Assembly (NCBI GenBank): GCA_963823035.1
Contig: CAWGKG010000013.1
Location: 1-64,000 of the forward strand
Origin: an uncultured Gemmatimonadales bacterium
GTDB lineage: Bacteria; Gemmatimonadota; Gemmatimonadetes; Longimicrobiales; Gaopeijiaceae
Direction of reading: 5' to 3'
Length of the DNA stretch: 64,000 nt
Of the stretch, positions 52,702-63,355 are shown piece after piece (positions within the stretch are counted from its first letter, which is position 1; each line of letters starts with the position of its first letter). The notes beneath the pieces were generated by a model, which worked only from the letters and a program-made list of their open reading frames with translations, searched no databases and was not told the origin of the DNA. The position numbers were made by a program, and so were the translations under genes.

Positions 52702-52763
52702 CCGGTGCGCGCCGCGGCCGCCGCCCGGTAGGTTGACGGTCCCGCACCCCGAACCGCCACCCG

Positions 52764-53594
52764 ATGAAACTCCCCTTCGCGCTGGACCGGCCGCTGGTGT
52801 TCTTCGACCTGGAGACCACGGGTCTGCACATGAAGAACGACCGCATCGTCGAGCTGGCGCTCATCAAGATCACGCCCCAGGGCGACGTCCTGGAACGCGT
52901 GCGCCGCTTCAACCCGGGCATCCCCATCCCGGCCGAGGCGACGGCGGTGCACGGCATCTCCGACGCGGACGTGGCGGACGAGGCACCCTTCTGCGCCCGC
53001 GCCCGCGCGCTGCACGGCCTGCTCGACGGGTGCGACCTGGCCGGCTTCAACATCCGCCGCTTCGACCTCGGCATGCTCGTGGCGGAGTTCCAGCGCTGCG
53101 ACATCCGCCTGGACCTCGAGGGTCGGCGGATCATCGACGTGCAGAACATCTTCCACCGCGAGGAGCCGCGCGACCTGAGCGCCGCCGCTCGCTTCTACCT
53201 CGGCCGTGAGCACGAGGAGGCGCACACCGCGCTCGCCGACATCCGGACGTCGGCCGCCGTCCTGGTCGCACAGCTCGGCCGCTATCCGACGCTACCCCGT
53301 GACCTCGACGGGCTGCACGCGTACTGCGAGGAGTACGCCCCCATGCGGAGCGAGGTGGACCGCTGGTTCAGCAGCGAGGAGGACGGCCGTGTCTTCCGGC
53401 GCGGGAAGCACAAGGGGCGGCCGCTCGACGAGGTGGCCGCGAACGAGCCCGACTATCTGCACTGGATGACGGGGGCCGACGACATGGACGAGGAGGTGCT
53501 GCGCCTGGTGCGCGACGCGCTCGCCCGGCACGCGCCACCCCCGCCCCCCGACGTTCCCGAGGACGAACCCACTCCCGATCCCCTGGAGCCTTGA
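52764..53594 (+). CDS. DEDDh 3'-5' exonuclease (DnaQ-like) with C-terminal GKHKG domain
   Basis: FFDLETTG, VHGI, GFNIRRFD, AHTALAD, FRRGKHKGRPL...YLHWM. Confidence 0.9.
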   Translation: MKLPFALDRPLVFFDLETTGLHMKNDRIVELALIKITPQGDVLERVRRFNPGIPIPAEATAVHGISDADVADEAPFCARARALHGLLDGCDLAGFNIRRFDLGMLVAEFQRCDIRLDLEGRRIIDVQNIFHREEPRDLSAAARFYLGREHEEAHTALADIRTSAAVLVAQLGRYPTLPRDLDGLHAYCEEYAPMRSEVDRWFSSEEDGRVFRRGKHKGRPLDEVAANEPDYLHWMTGADDMDEEVLRLVRDALARHAPPPPPDVPEDEPTPDPLEP

Positions 53595-56557
53595 TGATCG
53601 ACCCACGCACCCTCCGGCGCACGCTCTCCGTCCTTCTCGGCTGCGCGCTCGCGGTCCCGGCCCTGGGCGGAGCCCAGGCGCCCATCCGCACCGCGGACAT
53701 GGCGGAGCTGCACCCGCGCTCGATCGGGCCGGCCACCACCGGCGGGCGCATCCACGACGTGGAGGCCGTCCCCTCGGACCCCTCGACCCTGTGGGTGGCC
53801 ACGGCCTCGGGCGGTCTGTGGAAGAGCACGAACCGCGGTCAACAGTGGACGAACGTCTTCGACACGATGGCGGTGAGCACCTTCGGCGACGTCGCGCTCG
53901 CGCCGTCCAACCCGGACATCGTCTACGCCGGCACGGGGGAGCAGAACAACCGGCAGAGCACCTCGTACGGGAACGGCGTCTACCGCTCCGACGACGGCGG
54001 CGCCACCTGGCGCCACCTCGGGCTCGCCGAGACCCGCCACGTCGGCCGCATCCAGGTGCACCCGACCAACCCGGACGTGGCCTGGGTCGCGGCGCTCGGC
54101 AACCTGTGGGCGCCCTCCGCCGAGCGGGGCGTCTTCCGCACGAAGGACGGCGGCCGCACGTGGCAGAAGGTGCTCTACGTCGACGAGAACACGGGCGCCG
54201 TCGACCTCGCGCTCGACCCGTCGCGCCCCGACGTCCTCTACGCCGCGATGTACCAGCGCCAACGCCGCACGTGGGGCTTCAACGGCGGCGGACCCGGCAG
54301 CGGCATCTACAAGACCACGAACGGCGGGGACAGTTGGAGCGAGCTCACGGACGGGCTCCCCACGGGGGACAAGGGCCGCATCGGCCTGGCGGTCGCCCGC
54401 TCCAACCCGCGCGTGGTGATGGCGCTGGTCGAGACGGCCGACCGCGACACGCAGGGGACGTACCGCTCGGAGGACGCGGGCTCGTCCTGGACACGCGTCA
54501 GCCCGTTGGACGGCCGCCCGATGTACTACTCGCACATCTTCATCGATCCGACCGACGCCAACCGCGTGTACACGCTGGCCACCAGCTCCTTCGTGAGCGA
54601 CGACGGCGGACGCAACTGGACGGAGATCGGCGCCGCGCCCACCTACGATGTCGGCGTGCACTCCGACCACCACGCCCTCTGGATCGATCCCAACGACCCG
54701 GACCACCTCTACCTCGGTGGGGACGGCGGCCTGTGGGAGACGTACGACCGCGGCGCCGCCTTCCGGAAGCTGAACAACTTCCCCGTCGGCCAGTTCTACG
54801 ACATCGCCTTCGACATGCGCGAACCGTACTGGGTGTACGGCGGCCTGCAGGACAACCACTCCTTCATGGGCCCGTCGCGGACCCGCCGGTGGGCGGGCAT
54901 CCTCAACGACGACTGGATGGAGAGCGGCTTCAGCGACGGGATGGCGTGGGAGGCCGATCCACGCGACGCGCACTTCACCTACGGCAGCTCGAGCGGGGGC
55001 AACTTCTTCCGCTACGACGCCTACACCGGGGACATCCTGGACATCAACCCCGTTCCGCCCGAAGGGGAGGAGTACCGCTTCGACTGGGCCGCGCCGTCGC
55101 GCCTCTCGCAGCACGACCCGGACGTCTTCTACATCGCCGGCAACCGTCTCTTCACCTCACGCGACCGCGGCGAGACGTGGGAGCGCACGGAGGACCTGAG
55201 CCGGCAGGTCGACCGCGAGGGTCTCGACATCATGGGGGTGGCGGGACGCGACATCACGATCTCGAAGAACGACGGCACCAGCAGCTACGGCGAGGCCACC
55301 ACGATCGGGGAGTCGCCGCTCGATCCGGCCATCCTCTGGGTGGGCTTCGACGACGGCAACCTCCAGGTCAGCCGCGACGGCGGCGGTAGCTGGACGGAGG
55401 TCTCGCACAACGTGAGCGGCGTGCCGGACGGCACCTACGTCAGCCGCGTGATCGGCTCGGCGGAGGCGCCCGGCGTGGCCTGGGCCACCTTCGACGCCCA
55501 CCGCGACGGCGACTTCAGGCCCTACGTCTTCCGCACCACCGACTTCGGCGCCACGTGGACGTCGATGGGCACCGGCCTTCCCGAGCTGGGCTCCGTGAAC
55601 GTGATCGTCGAGCACCCGGACGACCCCGACGTCCTCTTCCTCGGGACCGAGCACCACGCCTTCGCCAGCACGGACGGCGGCGCCACCTGGGCGCGCATCC
55701 CCAACCTCCCGACCACCGCGTACGACGACATCCTCGTCCATCCGCGCGAGAAGGACGTGATCTTCGGGACGCACGGCAGGAGCATCTGGATCCTCGACGA
55801 CAGCCGCCCGCTCGCCGAGTGGAGCGACGCCTCCGGCGCGGCCTTCCTCTTCCCGGTGCGGGCCACCACGCTCTTCCAGTACAAGAAGGACACCTCGTAC
55901 CGCGGCAACGCGGACTTCATCGGCGACAATCCCGACGAGGGCGCCCTGGTCACGTACAGGCTGGGTGCGGGCTCCGGCGACGCCACGCTCCGCGTCACCC
56001 GCGCCGACGGCACGGTGGTGCGCACCCTGCAGGTGCCCGGCAGCCCCGGTGTCCACCGCGTGAACTGGGACCTGCGTCACGCCGTCCCGGGGCGCCCCGA
56101 CGTCTGGGAGCGCTTCGACGACCCGGAGCTCGCACACACGCTGGCGCAGCGCGGCCCGCTGGTGTCCCCCGGGCAGTACACGCTCACGCTGGAGGCGCGC
56201 GGTACGGAGTCCAGCCGGCCGCTCGAGGTCCGTCCGGATCCCGAGATGCCGATCTCGATCGCCGAGTATCGGGCGCGGGAGCGCTTCCTGGTCGATCTGC
56301 TCGAACTGAGCGGACAGGTCACGGAGACCATGCGGGCCATGGGGGTCACGGGCGGCGGCTTCGGCTTCGGCCGCCCGTCCGGGCCGCCGGACAGCCCTGA
56401 GAACCGGATCCGTGCGGTGGCCCGCACGATCAACGGCGTCTACTCGTCGCTCAACGGTGCGCAGGTGCGCGAGGGGTCGCTCTATCCGCCCACGCAGTCG
56501 ATGCGGGACGCGGTAGCCGCGGCCAGGCGGGAGCTGGAGGCGCTGCGGTCCCGCTAG
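53594..56557 (+). CDS. Secreted VPS10/BNR-repeat beta-propeller protein (glycosyl-hydrolase-like)
   Basis: Signal peptide, RSIGPATTGGRI, many S/T-x-D-G-G-x-T-W Asp-boxes, GGLQDN, THGRSIWILDD. Confidence 0.88.
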   Translation: MIDPRTLRRTLSVLLGCALAVPALGGAQAPIRTADMAELHPRSIGPATTGGRIHDVEAVPSDPSTLWVATASGGLWKSTNRGQQWTNVFDTMAVSTFGDVALAPSNPDIVYAGTGEQNNRQSTSYGNGVYRSDDGGATWRHLGLAETRHVGRIQVHPTNPDVAWVAALGNLWAPSAERGVFRTKDGGRTWQKVLYVDENTGAVDLALDPSRPDVLYAAMYQRQRRTWGFNGGGPGSGIYKTTNGGDSWSELTDGLPTGDKGRIGLAVARSNPRVVMALVETADRDTQGTYRSEDAGSSWTRVSPLDGRPMYYSHIFIDPTDANRVYTLATSSFVSDDGGRNWTEIGAAPTYDVGVHSDHHALWIDPNDPDHLYLGGDGGLWETYDRGAAFRKLNNFPVGQFYDIAFDMREPYWVYGGLQDNHSFMGPSRTRRWAGILNDDWMESGFSDGMAWEADPRDAHFTYGSSSGGNFFRYDAYTGDILDINPVPPEGEEYRFDWAAPSRLSQHDPDVFYIAGNRLFTSRDRGETWERTEDLSRQVDREGLDIMGVAGRDITISKNDGTSSYGEATTIGESPLDPAILWVGFDDGNLQVSRDGGGSWTEVSHNVSGVPDGTYVSRVIGSAEAPGVAWATFDAHRDGDFRPYVFRTTDFGATWTSMGTGLPELGSVNVIVEHPDDPDVLFLGTEHHAFASTDGGATWARIPNLPTTAYDDILVHPREKDVIFGTHGRSIWILDDSRPLAEWSDASGAAFLFPVRATTLFQYKKDTSYRGNADFIGDNPDEGALVTYRLGAGSGDATLRVTRADGTVVRTLQVPGSPGVHRVNWDLRHAVPGRPDVWERFDDPELAHTLAQRGPLVSPGQYTLTLEARGTESSRPLEVRPDPEMPISIAEYRARERFLVDLLELSGQVTETMRAMGVTGGGFGFGRPSGPPDSPENRIRAVARTINGVYSSLNGAQVREGSLYPPTQSMRDAVAAARRELEALRSR

Positions 56558-56588
56558 AACAGGCAGACCGCTCGGGCTCCTCCGGCCG

Positions 56589-57074
56589 TTAGCGGAAGAT
56601 CCCGAGCGGCACGGAGAAGATCGTGATCACCGCGTTGTCGATGCCGGAGCCCGGCTTGTCCGGGCCCGACTGGTTGGCGGCCGAGACCACCGCCCAGGTG
56701 CCGCTCGCGGCGGCAACGACTGCACCCACCGCGACCACCGTCCGCCACGTGCTCAGCGTGCGCGTCTCGAGGGAGACGAGGTCCCCGAACGGGATCTGCA
56801 CGCGGTTGTGCAGGACTTCATTGGAGCCGCTCCCACCCGCACCGTAGATCGGCACTTCCATCATCAGGTATCCCGCCGTGCGCTCGATCAGCTTCCCCGT
56901 GACCGTCGGGGTGACGTTGCGCAGCGCCGGCTCCAGCTCCGCGGCCTTCTCAGGCGATACGGTGGCGCGAACGCGCGTGTCGAGCATCGCGTCCGCCGGC
57001 CGAACCGAACGGTACTCGTAGCAGCCTGCGGCGCCGAGCAGCGCCGTCATGAGAATCGCACGCGTCCAACGCAT
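56589..57074 (-). CDS. Hypothetical lipoprotein with C-terminal hydrophobic segment
   Basis: Lipobox AAGC, GGAGG 9 nt upstream, WRTVVAVGAVVAA segment. Confidence 0.7.
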   Translation of the reverse strand: MRWTRAILMTALLGAAGCYEYRSVRPADAMLDTRVRATVSPEKAAELEPALRNVTPTVTGKLIERTAGYLMMEVPIYGAGGSGSNEVLHNRVQIPFGDLVSLETRTLSTWRTVVAVGAVVAAASGTWAVVSAANQSGPDKPGSGIDNAVITIFSVPLGIFR

Positions 57075-57103
57075 CCGAGCCATCCTCCGGTGAAGCACCC
57101 ATG

Positions 57104-57137
57104 AAAACGAAGCAGGGGCGGCCGAAGCCGCCCCTGC
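57104..57137 (-). terminator. Rho-independent terminator after susD
   Basis: Minus strand reads GCAGGGGCGGC-TTCG-GCCGCCCCTGC-TTCGTTTT: an 11-bp stem with a cUUCGg tetraloop and U-rich tail. Confidence 0.85.
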
Positions 57138-57168
57138 CGTCCAGCCTCGGTGCGCGGTATACCCCGGA

Positions 57169-58389
57169 TCAGCCCCGGAAGTTGTGGTTGGCCAGCTTCT
57201 CGGCCTCGCTGATCGGAATGCACGTCGCACGACCGTTGAGCGTGTCGTCGTGCGCCGCACCCGTCTCCGCGTACCAACGGCGCAGATCCTCCAGGCGCCG
57301 TCCCTCGAGCCACAGCGTCGCGCCGCGCTCGAAGCGGAGGTCCGCCCACGCGCCCGTCATGTCCGCGGCCGCGGTGAGCGGGTCCATGCCGTACACGGCG
57401 CGGGCCTGGTTCATGAACCCGTACGCCGCGGTCATGTCGTTCGACCGCAGCGCGGCCTCGGCACGCACGAGGAGCATCTCCGTGCCCTTGGAAAGGGCGA
57501 CGTCGCTCCCGTTCTCCTCGTACTTCTGCTGCTGGTACATCGGCGTCGAGCCGTTCGCCCCGTTCGCCACGGTGCCGTCGTTGTTCCTGGCGATCACCCA
57601 CGGCGCCCGCGGGTCGTCGGGATGGGCTTCCATATACGTCCCGTAGACCGTGTACTCGTACCGGTTGTGGGTCTCGTAGGTCAGGATGTTGCCCAGCTCG
57701 ATGTCGATCTCGGCGTTGAACACGAAGTCCGCCGGGACCTTGGCGGCATCCGCATCGGCGGCGCTCCAGTTACCCATGAGCACCTCCGCCTGGGCACGAC
57801 CGGCGTACGCGGCGTTCACGAGGTCCGTGTTGCCGGCGGCCTGCGCGACCGGGATCGCGCTCGTGAACTGATCCACCGCGCGCTGATAGTGGTCCGTATT
57901 CGGGATCTCCGGGCCACCGTCGATCACGCTCGAGCACCAGTTCCCACCGAGGATCCGGTTCGCGTACCCGCCGTACACGTAGTCGCGGGCCACGAACGCG
58001 CTCTTCGAGAACTCCGCGGGCTCCAGCAGGGCCTCGATCTTCGTGATACCGTTCTCGGACACCCAGCGAGCCTGCTGCGTGCTGTTCCAGCTTCCGCTCA
58101 CCCCCGGGTCGTCGTCGTTGATGACGCCGCGTGGGATGTCGGCCCAGTCGTAGCTGCCTCCGTGGTAGAGCTCCTCGGAGGCGAGCGCGAGGATCTCGAG
58201 GTTCGCGCGAACCGCCTGGCTCAGGTCGTACTTCATCCCCGTGACCATCCCGGGGATCGCGTCCTTCGTTCCCAGGTCGGCGTCCGAGATCCGCCCGGGA
58301 CTCTCCACCTGCAGGAGGTCCGAGCACGCCCCGGAGCCCACCAGGGCGGCCAGGGCGACGATCCGGAACGCCTTCGTCTTGTTCAGCAT
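57169..58389 (-). CDS. RagB/SusD-family outer membrane lipoprotein
   Basis: Lipobox SGAC, EMLLVRAEAAL, ERGATLWLEGRRLEDLRR, CIPISEAE. Directly downstream of susC. Confidence 0.85.
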   Translation of the reverse strand: MLNKTKAFRIVALAALVGSGACSDLLQVESPGRISDADLGTKDAIPGMVTGMKYDLSQAVRANLEILALASEELYHGGSYDWADIPRGVINDDDPGVSGSWNSTQQARWVSENGITKIEALLEPAEFSKSAFVARDYVYGGYANRILGGNWCSSVIDGGPEIPNTDHYQRAVDQFTSAIPVAQAAGNTDLVNAAYAGRAQAEVLMGNWSAADADAAKVPADFVFNAEIDIELGNILTYETHNRYEYTVYGTYMEAHPDDPRAPWVIARNNDGTVANGANGSTPMYQQQKYEENGSDVALSKGTEMLLVRAEAALRSNDMTAAYGFMNQARAVYGMDPLTAAADMTGAWADLRFERGATLWLEGRRLEDLRRWYAETGAAHDDTLNGRATCIPISEAEKLANHNFRG

Positions 58390-58403
58390 TGGATTCGCCT
58401 CCC

Positions 58404-61400
58404 TTACCAGCTTACGCGGATGGACAGGGTGTACGTGCGCGGGTTCGGAATCTGGTAGTAGTCCCGTCGTCCGAACTCGCCACCGCCGAGCTGGTTGCCC
58501 GTGGCGTCGGCGAAGTCCTGCACCTCCGGGTCCGTCCCCGTGTAGTCCGTGATCGTGAGCAGATTACGCGCGGCCAACGTGACCGTCGCGTTCCGCCCCC
58601 AGTTCAGCAGCGACTCGGGGAGGTCGTAGGACAGGGTGACCGAGCGCAGGCGCCAGAAGTCCGCCTTCTCGATCCACCAGTCGGAGTCGTACCCGTACCC
58701 ATTGTTGATCGTGCTGCTCGCCGTCTTGATCGAGCAGCGCGCCCGCTCGAGCGCGGTCACGTCGTTGAGCGCCGTGGCGTCACCGCGCCGGGCCGCGATC
58801 ATCTTGTCCTGGATGTCGAAGCAGGGGAACCAGGACCCGCGCCGCGCATTCTGGTAGCCGGTGTAGTTCGGCAGGAAGTGCCCGAACTGGCCTTCCATCA
58901 GAGCGTCCACGTGCAGGCTGCTCCCGATGTCGATCGTCGTGCCCAGCCCGATCAGCTTGGTCGGGTACGTGGGCCCGATCGTCGTGTCGTCCACGATCAC
59001 CGGATCCGCGAACGCATCCGGGTTCATGATCTTCTGCGCCCGGAGGACGGGGATCTGCTCACCCTCACAGATGTTCGAGTACAGCCCGACGTAGATGCAG
59101 CTCGTGGGGTCGATCGCCGGGTCCTCGTCGACCTGGATCGCCTTCGAGTGCATGAACGACAGGTTCGCCCGCGCCCGCCACTCGATGCTGCTCGCACGCA
59201 GCAGAGCGGCGCTGAGCTGGAACTCGTATCCGCTGTTCTGCGTCTCGCCGACGTTCTCGAGCCGGTTGCTCAGGAAGCCTTCCGACGACGGCAGGTCGAT
59301 GAACACGAGCGCGTCCGACGTCGTGGCCTTGTAGTGCGTGGCCTCGATGCCGATGCGGCCGTCGAAGGCCGACATGTCGAAGCCGAACTCGGTCTCGCGC
59401 GTCCGCTCCGGACCGACGTCCGCATTGCCCGGAGAGCCCGGCGTGAAGCCCGGCTCGCCCTCGAGGCCGACGCCGCTCCACGTGCGCAGGCCGGCGAACG
59501 GCGTCGGCGCCTTGCCGGACTCGCCCACCGCCGCGCGCAGCTTGAACGTCTCGAACGTGTTGGAAGGGAACCAATCGTAGTCCGACAGGACCCACGACGC
59601 GCTCACCTTCGGGTACTTCTGCAGACCGAAGTTGTCACCGAAGGCGCTGTTGCCGTCGACGCGCAGCCCGGCCGTGAGGAACAGTCGGTCCTGCCAGCCG
59701 ATCAGCTCCTGGAAGAAGAAACCGGCGCTCGACTGCGCGATGTTCGTCTCCGAGCGGTACGTGATCTCGGCGCCCGATTCGATCGTCGGACGGCCCGGTC
59801 CCGCGAACTTCTCGACGTCCCACTCCGTCCACCGGTGCTTGTCCTTGAACACCTGGCCGCCCCACGAGAACGTCGAGGCGATGTCCGCACCGAAGTTGTT
59901 CTGGTACGAGCCGGCGTAGTCGAGCGAGAGCTTGGTGTGCCGCGTGTTCTCGTCCCAGAAGTAGCCGGCCGGCGTGTACAGGCTTCCGAACGGACGGGTC
60001 GTCTCACCCTTCAGCGCGAGATAGTCCCACCCCACGGAGAAGCGGTTGGAGACCGCCTCGGTCGGATTCCATTGCGTCGTGAAGCCGGTGATGAAGTGGT
60101 CCGTCTGCGAGTACAGCTGCGTCTCGAACAGGTACCCGTTCGTGATGCACGTCCTCGGATTGCCGTCCGGGCCGGTCGAGATGTTGTCGCAGTCCGTGCC
60201 CTTGCCGCCCTTCAGGTAGTTCTGCGCGCCGCGGCCCACGTTGAGCAGGAAGCCGTCGGCGTTGTTCCCGTCCTCGACCCAGCGGCTGTTGCGGCGCGTG
60301 TAGGCCGAGTTGAGCGCGAAGGTCAGGTTCTCCATCGGCGTGAAGCCGAAGTTGCCCCGGAAACCTCCGTCCTTGGACTCCGACGTGGGCAGCGTGCCGT
60401 TCACGTCGTTGTAGTTGCCCGACAGGTAGTACGTGACATCCCCGACTCCGCCACGCACGCCGAGGCTGTAGTTGCCGACCGCACCGAGGTGCTGCCACGT
60501 CCCGTCCGACGGACAGGTCGGGTCCTGCATGTAGATCTTGTTGCCGAGCTTGTCGCTGGTCTCGGAGACCTGGAGGTTCAGTGAGTAGAGATTGTCCAGG
60601 TTCCCGCACTTCGTGTACAGGTCGGTCGGGTCCTGGTCGGGGTTCGCCAGGAACGACGTCTGCTGGTTGAAGCCCTGGCTGATCTCCGCCGTCCAGATCG
60701 GCGCGCCGCTGATGCCGCGCTTCGTGAAGATCTGGATCACGCCGGCCGACGCCTCGGTGCCGTAGAGCGTGGTTGCCGCCGCTCCCTTGATGACCTCGAT
60801 CCGCTCGATGTCCTTGGCGGAGATGTCCTGCAGCGGCGTCGTGGCCGCCCGGGCACCCCAGTTGGCGCGCGACGGCTCGTTGTAGATGCGCACGCCGTCC
60901 ACGTAGATGAGCGGCTGCATCGTCTGCGAGATCGTGTTGATACCGCGGATCTTCACCGTGCTACCGCCGCCCGGCTGTCCGCTGTTGGTCATGACGGTGA
61001 CGCCGGGAGCGCGGCCCGACAGGATGTCCTCGGTGTTCTTGAGGACCGGGATGTTCTCGATCTCCCGTGAGGTCACGCCGTCGACGCTGTTGCCGACCTC
61101 CTTGGCGCGCACCTCCGCCGCCGTTCCCGTGACGACGATCTCGTCCAGGGCGAGGGCGGTCTCGTCGAGCTGGAAGTCCGCGTTCACGACCTGGCCCGCC
61201 GCGACCGTGACCTGCTGGCGCGCCGTGCCGTAGCCGATGAGGGTCACGCGGACCTGATAGCTGCCGGCGGGGACGTTCAACAGCAGGAACCTCCCCTGGG
61301 CGTTGGCCAATCCGCCCATGCCCGTGCCCTCGATCGACACCTGCGCGCCTTCGAGGGGGCGCATACTCTGGCCGGAAATCACCTGGCCGGTGATCCGCCC

Positions 61401-61499
61401 GGTCTCCTGGGCGGCTGCGGTCTGCACGTGGAGCGCCGCGAACAGCGCCAGCGTACAGACCCAACCTGCCAACCTGCGTGCTGTGGCGTGTGGTCCCAT
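58404..61499 (-). CDS. SusC/RagA-family TonB-dependent transporter
   Basis: Signal peptide, carboxypeptidase-regulatory-like N-domain, LDEIVVTG, PLIYVDG, IERIEVIKGAAATTLYG, YTGTDPE, C-terminal Trp. Confidence 0.92.
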   Translation of the reverse strand: MGPHATARRLAGWVCTLALFAALHVQTAAAQETGRITGQVISGQSMRPLEGAQVSIEGTGMGGLANAQGRFLLLNVPAGSYQVRVTLIGYGTARQQVTVAAGQVVNADFQLDETALALDEIVVTGTAAEVRAKEVGNSVDGVTSREIENIPVLKNTEDILSGRAPGVTVMTNSGQPGGGSTVKIRGINTISQTMQPLIYVDGVRIYNEPSRANWGARAATTPLQDISAKDIERIEVIKGAAATTLYGTEASAGVIQIFTKRGISGAPIWTAEISQGFNQQTSFLANPDQDPTDLYTKCGNLDNLYSLNLQVSETSDKLGNKIYMQDPTCPSDGTWQHLGAVGNYSLGVRGGVGDVTYYLSGNYNDVNGTLPTSESKDGGFRGNFGFTPMENLTFALNSAYTRRNSRWVEDGNNADGFLLNVGRGAQNYLKGGKGTDCDNISTGPDGNPRTCITNGYLFETQLYSQTDHFITGFTTQWNPTEAVSNRFSVGWDYLALKGETTRPFGSLYTPAGYFWDENTRHTKLSLDYAGSYQNNFGADIASTFSWGGQVFKDKHRWTEWDVEKFAGPGRPTIESGAEITYRSETNIAQSSAGFFFQELIGWQDRLFLTAGLRVDGNSAFGDNFGLQKYPKVSASWVLSDYDWFPSNTFETFKLRAAVGESGKAPTPFAGLRTWSGVGLEGEPGFTPGSPGNADVGPERTRETEFGFDMSAFDGRIGIEATHYKATTSDALVFIDLPSSEGFLSNRLENVGETQNSGYEFQLSAALLRASSIEWRARANLSFMHSKAIQVDEDPAIDPTSCIYVGLYSNICEGEQIPVLRAQKIMNPDAFADPVIVDDTTIGPTYPTKLIGLGTTIDIGSSLHVDALMEGQFGHFLPNYTGYQNARRGSWFPCFDIQDKMIAARRGDATALNDVTALERARCSIKTASSTINNGYGYDSDWWIEKADFWRLRSVTLSYDLPESLLNWGRNATVTLAARNLLTITDYTGTDPEVQDFADATGNQLGGGEFGRRDYYQIPNPRTYTLSIRVSW

Positions 61500-61633
61500 C
61501 GTCTTGCCTCCGTCTCCGAGTGAGCAGGAGAATCCGGCTCTCGCCGGCTCTCCCCCCGGTAGGGGCGTTCCACGCATACGGAAAGGACCACGGGCCATCG
61601 AGCGACCCTCCGGGCGGGCTGCTCCCCGTGAAC

Positions 61634-61696
61634 ATGTCCTGGACATAGAACGCCATTGTATCGGGCCAGCGTACCTCGCGGACGGGCCCCCGTCAA
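61634..61696 (-). promoter_or_regulatory. Sigma70-like promoter for susCD with downstream palindromic operator
   Basis: TTGACG (61696-61691)-N17-TACGCT (61673-61668), an extra TACAAT at 61660-61655, and palindrome ATGTCC-N-GGACAT at 61634-61646. Confidence 0.6.
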
Positions 61697-61794
61697 GCGA
61701 TTCGAGGTGTCGTGAGCGGTCGCCGCGGGCCGTATCGGAAGGCGCCAGAGGGCCCCCATTGCCCTCCGCGGACCCCGGCTTACCTTTGCAGCCC

Positions 61795-63343
61795 ATGGCC
61801 CCAACCACCTCGCCACCCTCCGTTCGGGCCCTCGCGCTGCCGGGCGCGCTCGCGGCCGTCCTCCTCGCTTCCGGGGTCCTGCTCCTGCGGCTCAACCCCG
61901 CGCTGGGCGGGTCCTTCCTGGGAGCGGGAGGCGTCCTCGCGCTGTGGGGCGTCGCCCTCTACCTCTCCGCCCGTCGCTCCGGGCGACGGCTGACGCTGGA
62001 AACGTCGGTACGCAAGCAGCACTGGATCCAGGCATGCGCCCAGGTGGCCGTGTTCGTCTACTGGGGCTGGCACACCCCGATCGTCACCGCGTACGTCCCG
62101 CTCATCCTGGCCCAGATCGTCTTCGCGTACGGCGTCGACGCCCTCCTGGCCTGGTCGCGCCGCACCACCTACGTCCTGGGCTTCGGGCCGATCCCCATCA
62201 TCCTGAGCATCAACCTGTTCCTCTGGTTCAGACCGGAGTGGTTCTACTGGCAGTTCGCGATGATCCCGGTCGGATACCTCGCCAAGGAGCTCATCCGATG
62301 GGAGAAGGACGGGCGCTCCGCGCACATCTTCAACCCGTCCTCCTTTCCGCTGGCCGTGTTCTCGATCGCGCTCATCCTCACGGGCAGCTCGGACATCACG
62401 CTGGGCAGGGCGATCGCCAACACGCAGTCCGACCCGTCCTTCATCTACCTGGTGATCTTCCTGACCGCGCTGCCCGGCCAGCTCCTGTTCGGCGTGGCCC
62501 GCATGACGCTGGCGGCCGTGGTCACCCTGTACGGCATCAGCCTCGCGTACCTCGCCGCGACCGGCACCTACCTCTTCTTCGACTCGTACATCCCCCTCCC
62601 GGTCTTCCTGGGGATGCACCTCCTCTTCACCGACCCCTCCACCGCCCCGCGCACCGAGCTGGGCCGCATCCTCTTCGGCGTCATGTACGCCGTGGGCTCC
62701 GCGACGCTCTTCGTGATCCTGAGCCACGCGGGGATTCCGACGTTCTACGACAAGCTGTTGCCCGTGCCGCTCATGAACCTGCTGGTGCGGGCCATCGATC
62801 GTCTGGTGCAGGGCCCGGCCCCTCGCAGTCCTCGATCCGGCTCGCCTCGGCACGTCGCTGACACCGGCGCAGCGCAACGTCGCCTACACGGGCATCTGGA
62901 CGTGCGTCTTCCTGGGGATGAGCGCCGTGCAGGGTGTCGGGGACAAGCACCCCGGGCAGTACCTGCCGTTCTGGCAGAACGCGTGCGAGGCCGGAAGCGA
63001 GCGGGCGTGCGGCTACCTGTCGTACATGACCCTCTCGTACTGCAAGAACGGGTCGGGATGGGCGTGCAACGAGGTGGGGATCCAGGAGTCGGCCCGGGGC
63101 GGATCCGCCGGCGAGGCCTTCGAGCGGGCGTGCGACCTCGGCTTCGACCCCGCGTGCGAGAACATGCGCCGCGCGGCGGGCGACGGCGCGGCGTGGGCAC
63201 GCGCCGCGCCGGCCCTGGCGGACCTGCCGATCGTGCTACGGGGCACCAAGCCGATCCTGGAGGAGCGATCGCCGGAGAGGCTCTACGCGCTGGCGTGCGC
63301 CCAGGGGTGGCCGAACACCTGCGGCACGCCGCCGGCGATGTAG
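61795..63343 (+). CDS. RnfD/NqrB-like multi-TM protein with C-terminal Cys-rich Sel1-like repeats; frameshift near 62820
   Basis: Many TM helices, AHIFNPSSF, LFTDPSTAP. The second frame gives ACEAGSERAC, CKNGSGWAC, ACDLGFDPAC, ACAQGWPNTC. Confidence 0.65.
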
Positions 63344-63355
63344 CCCCACCTGGCT

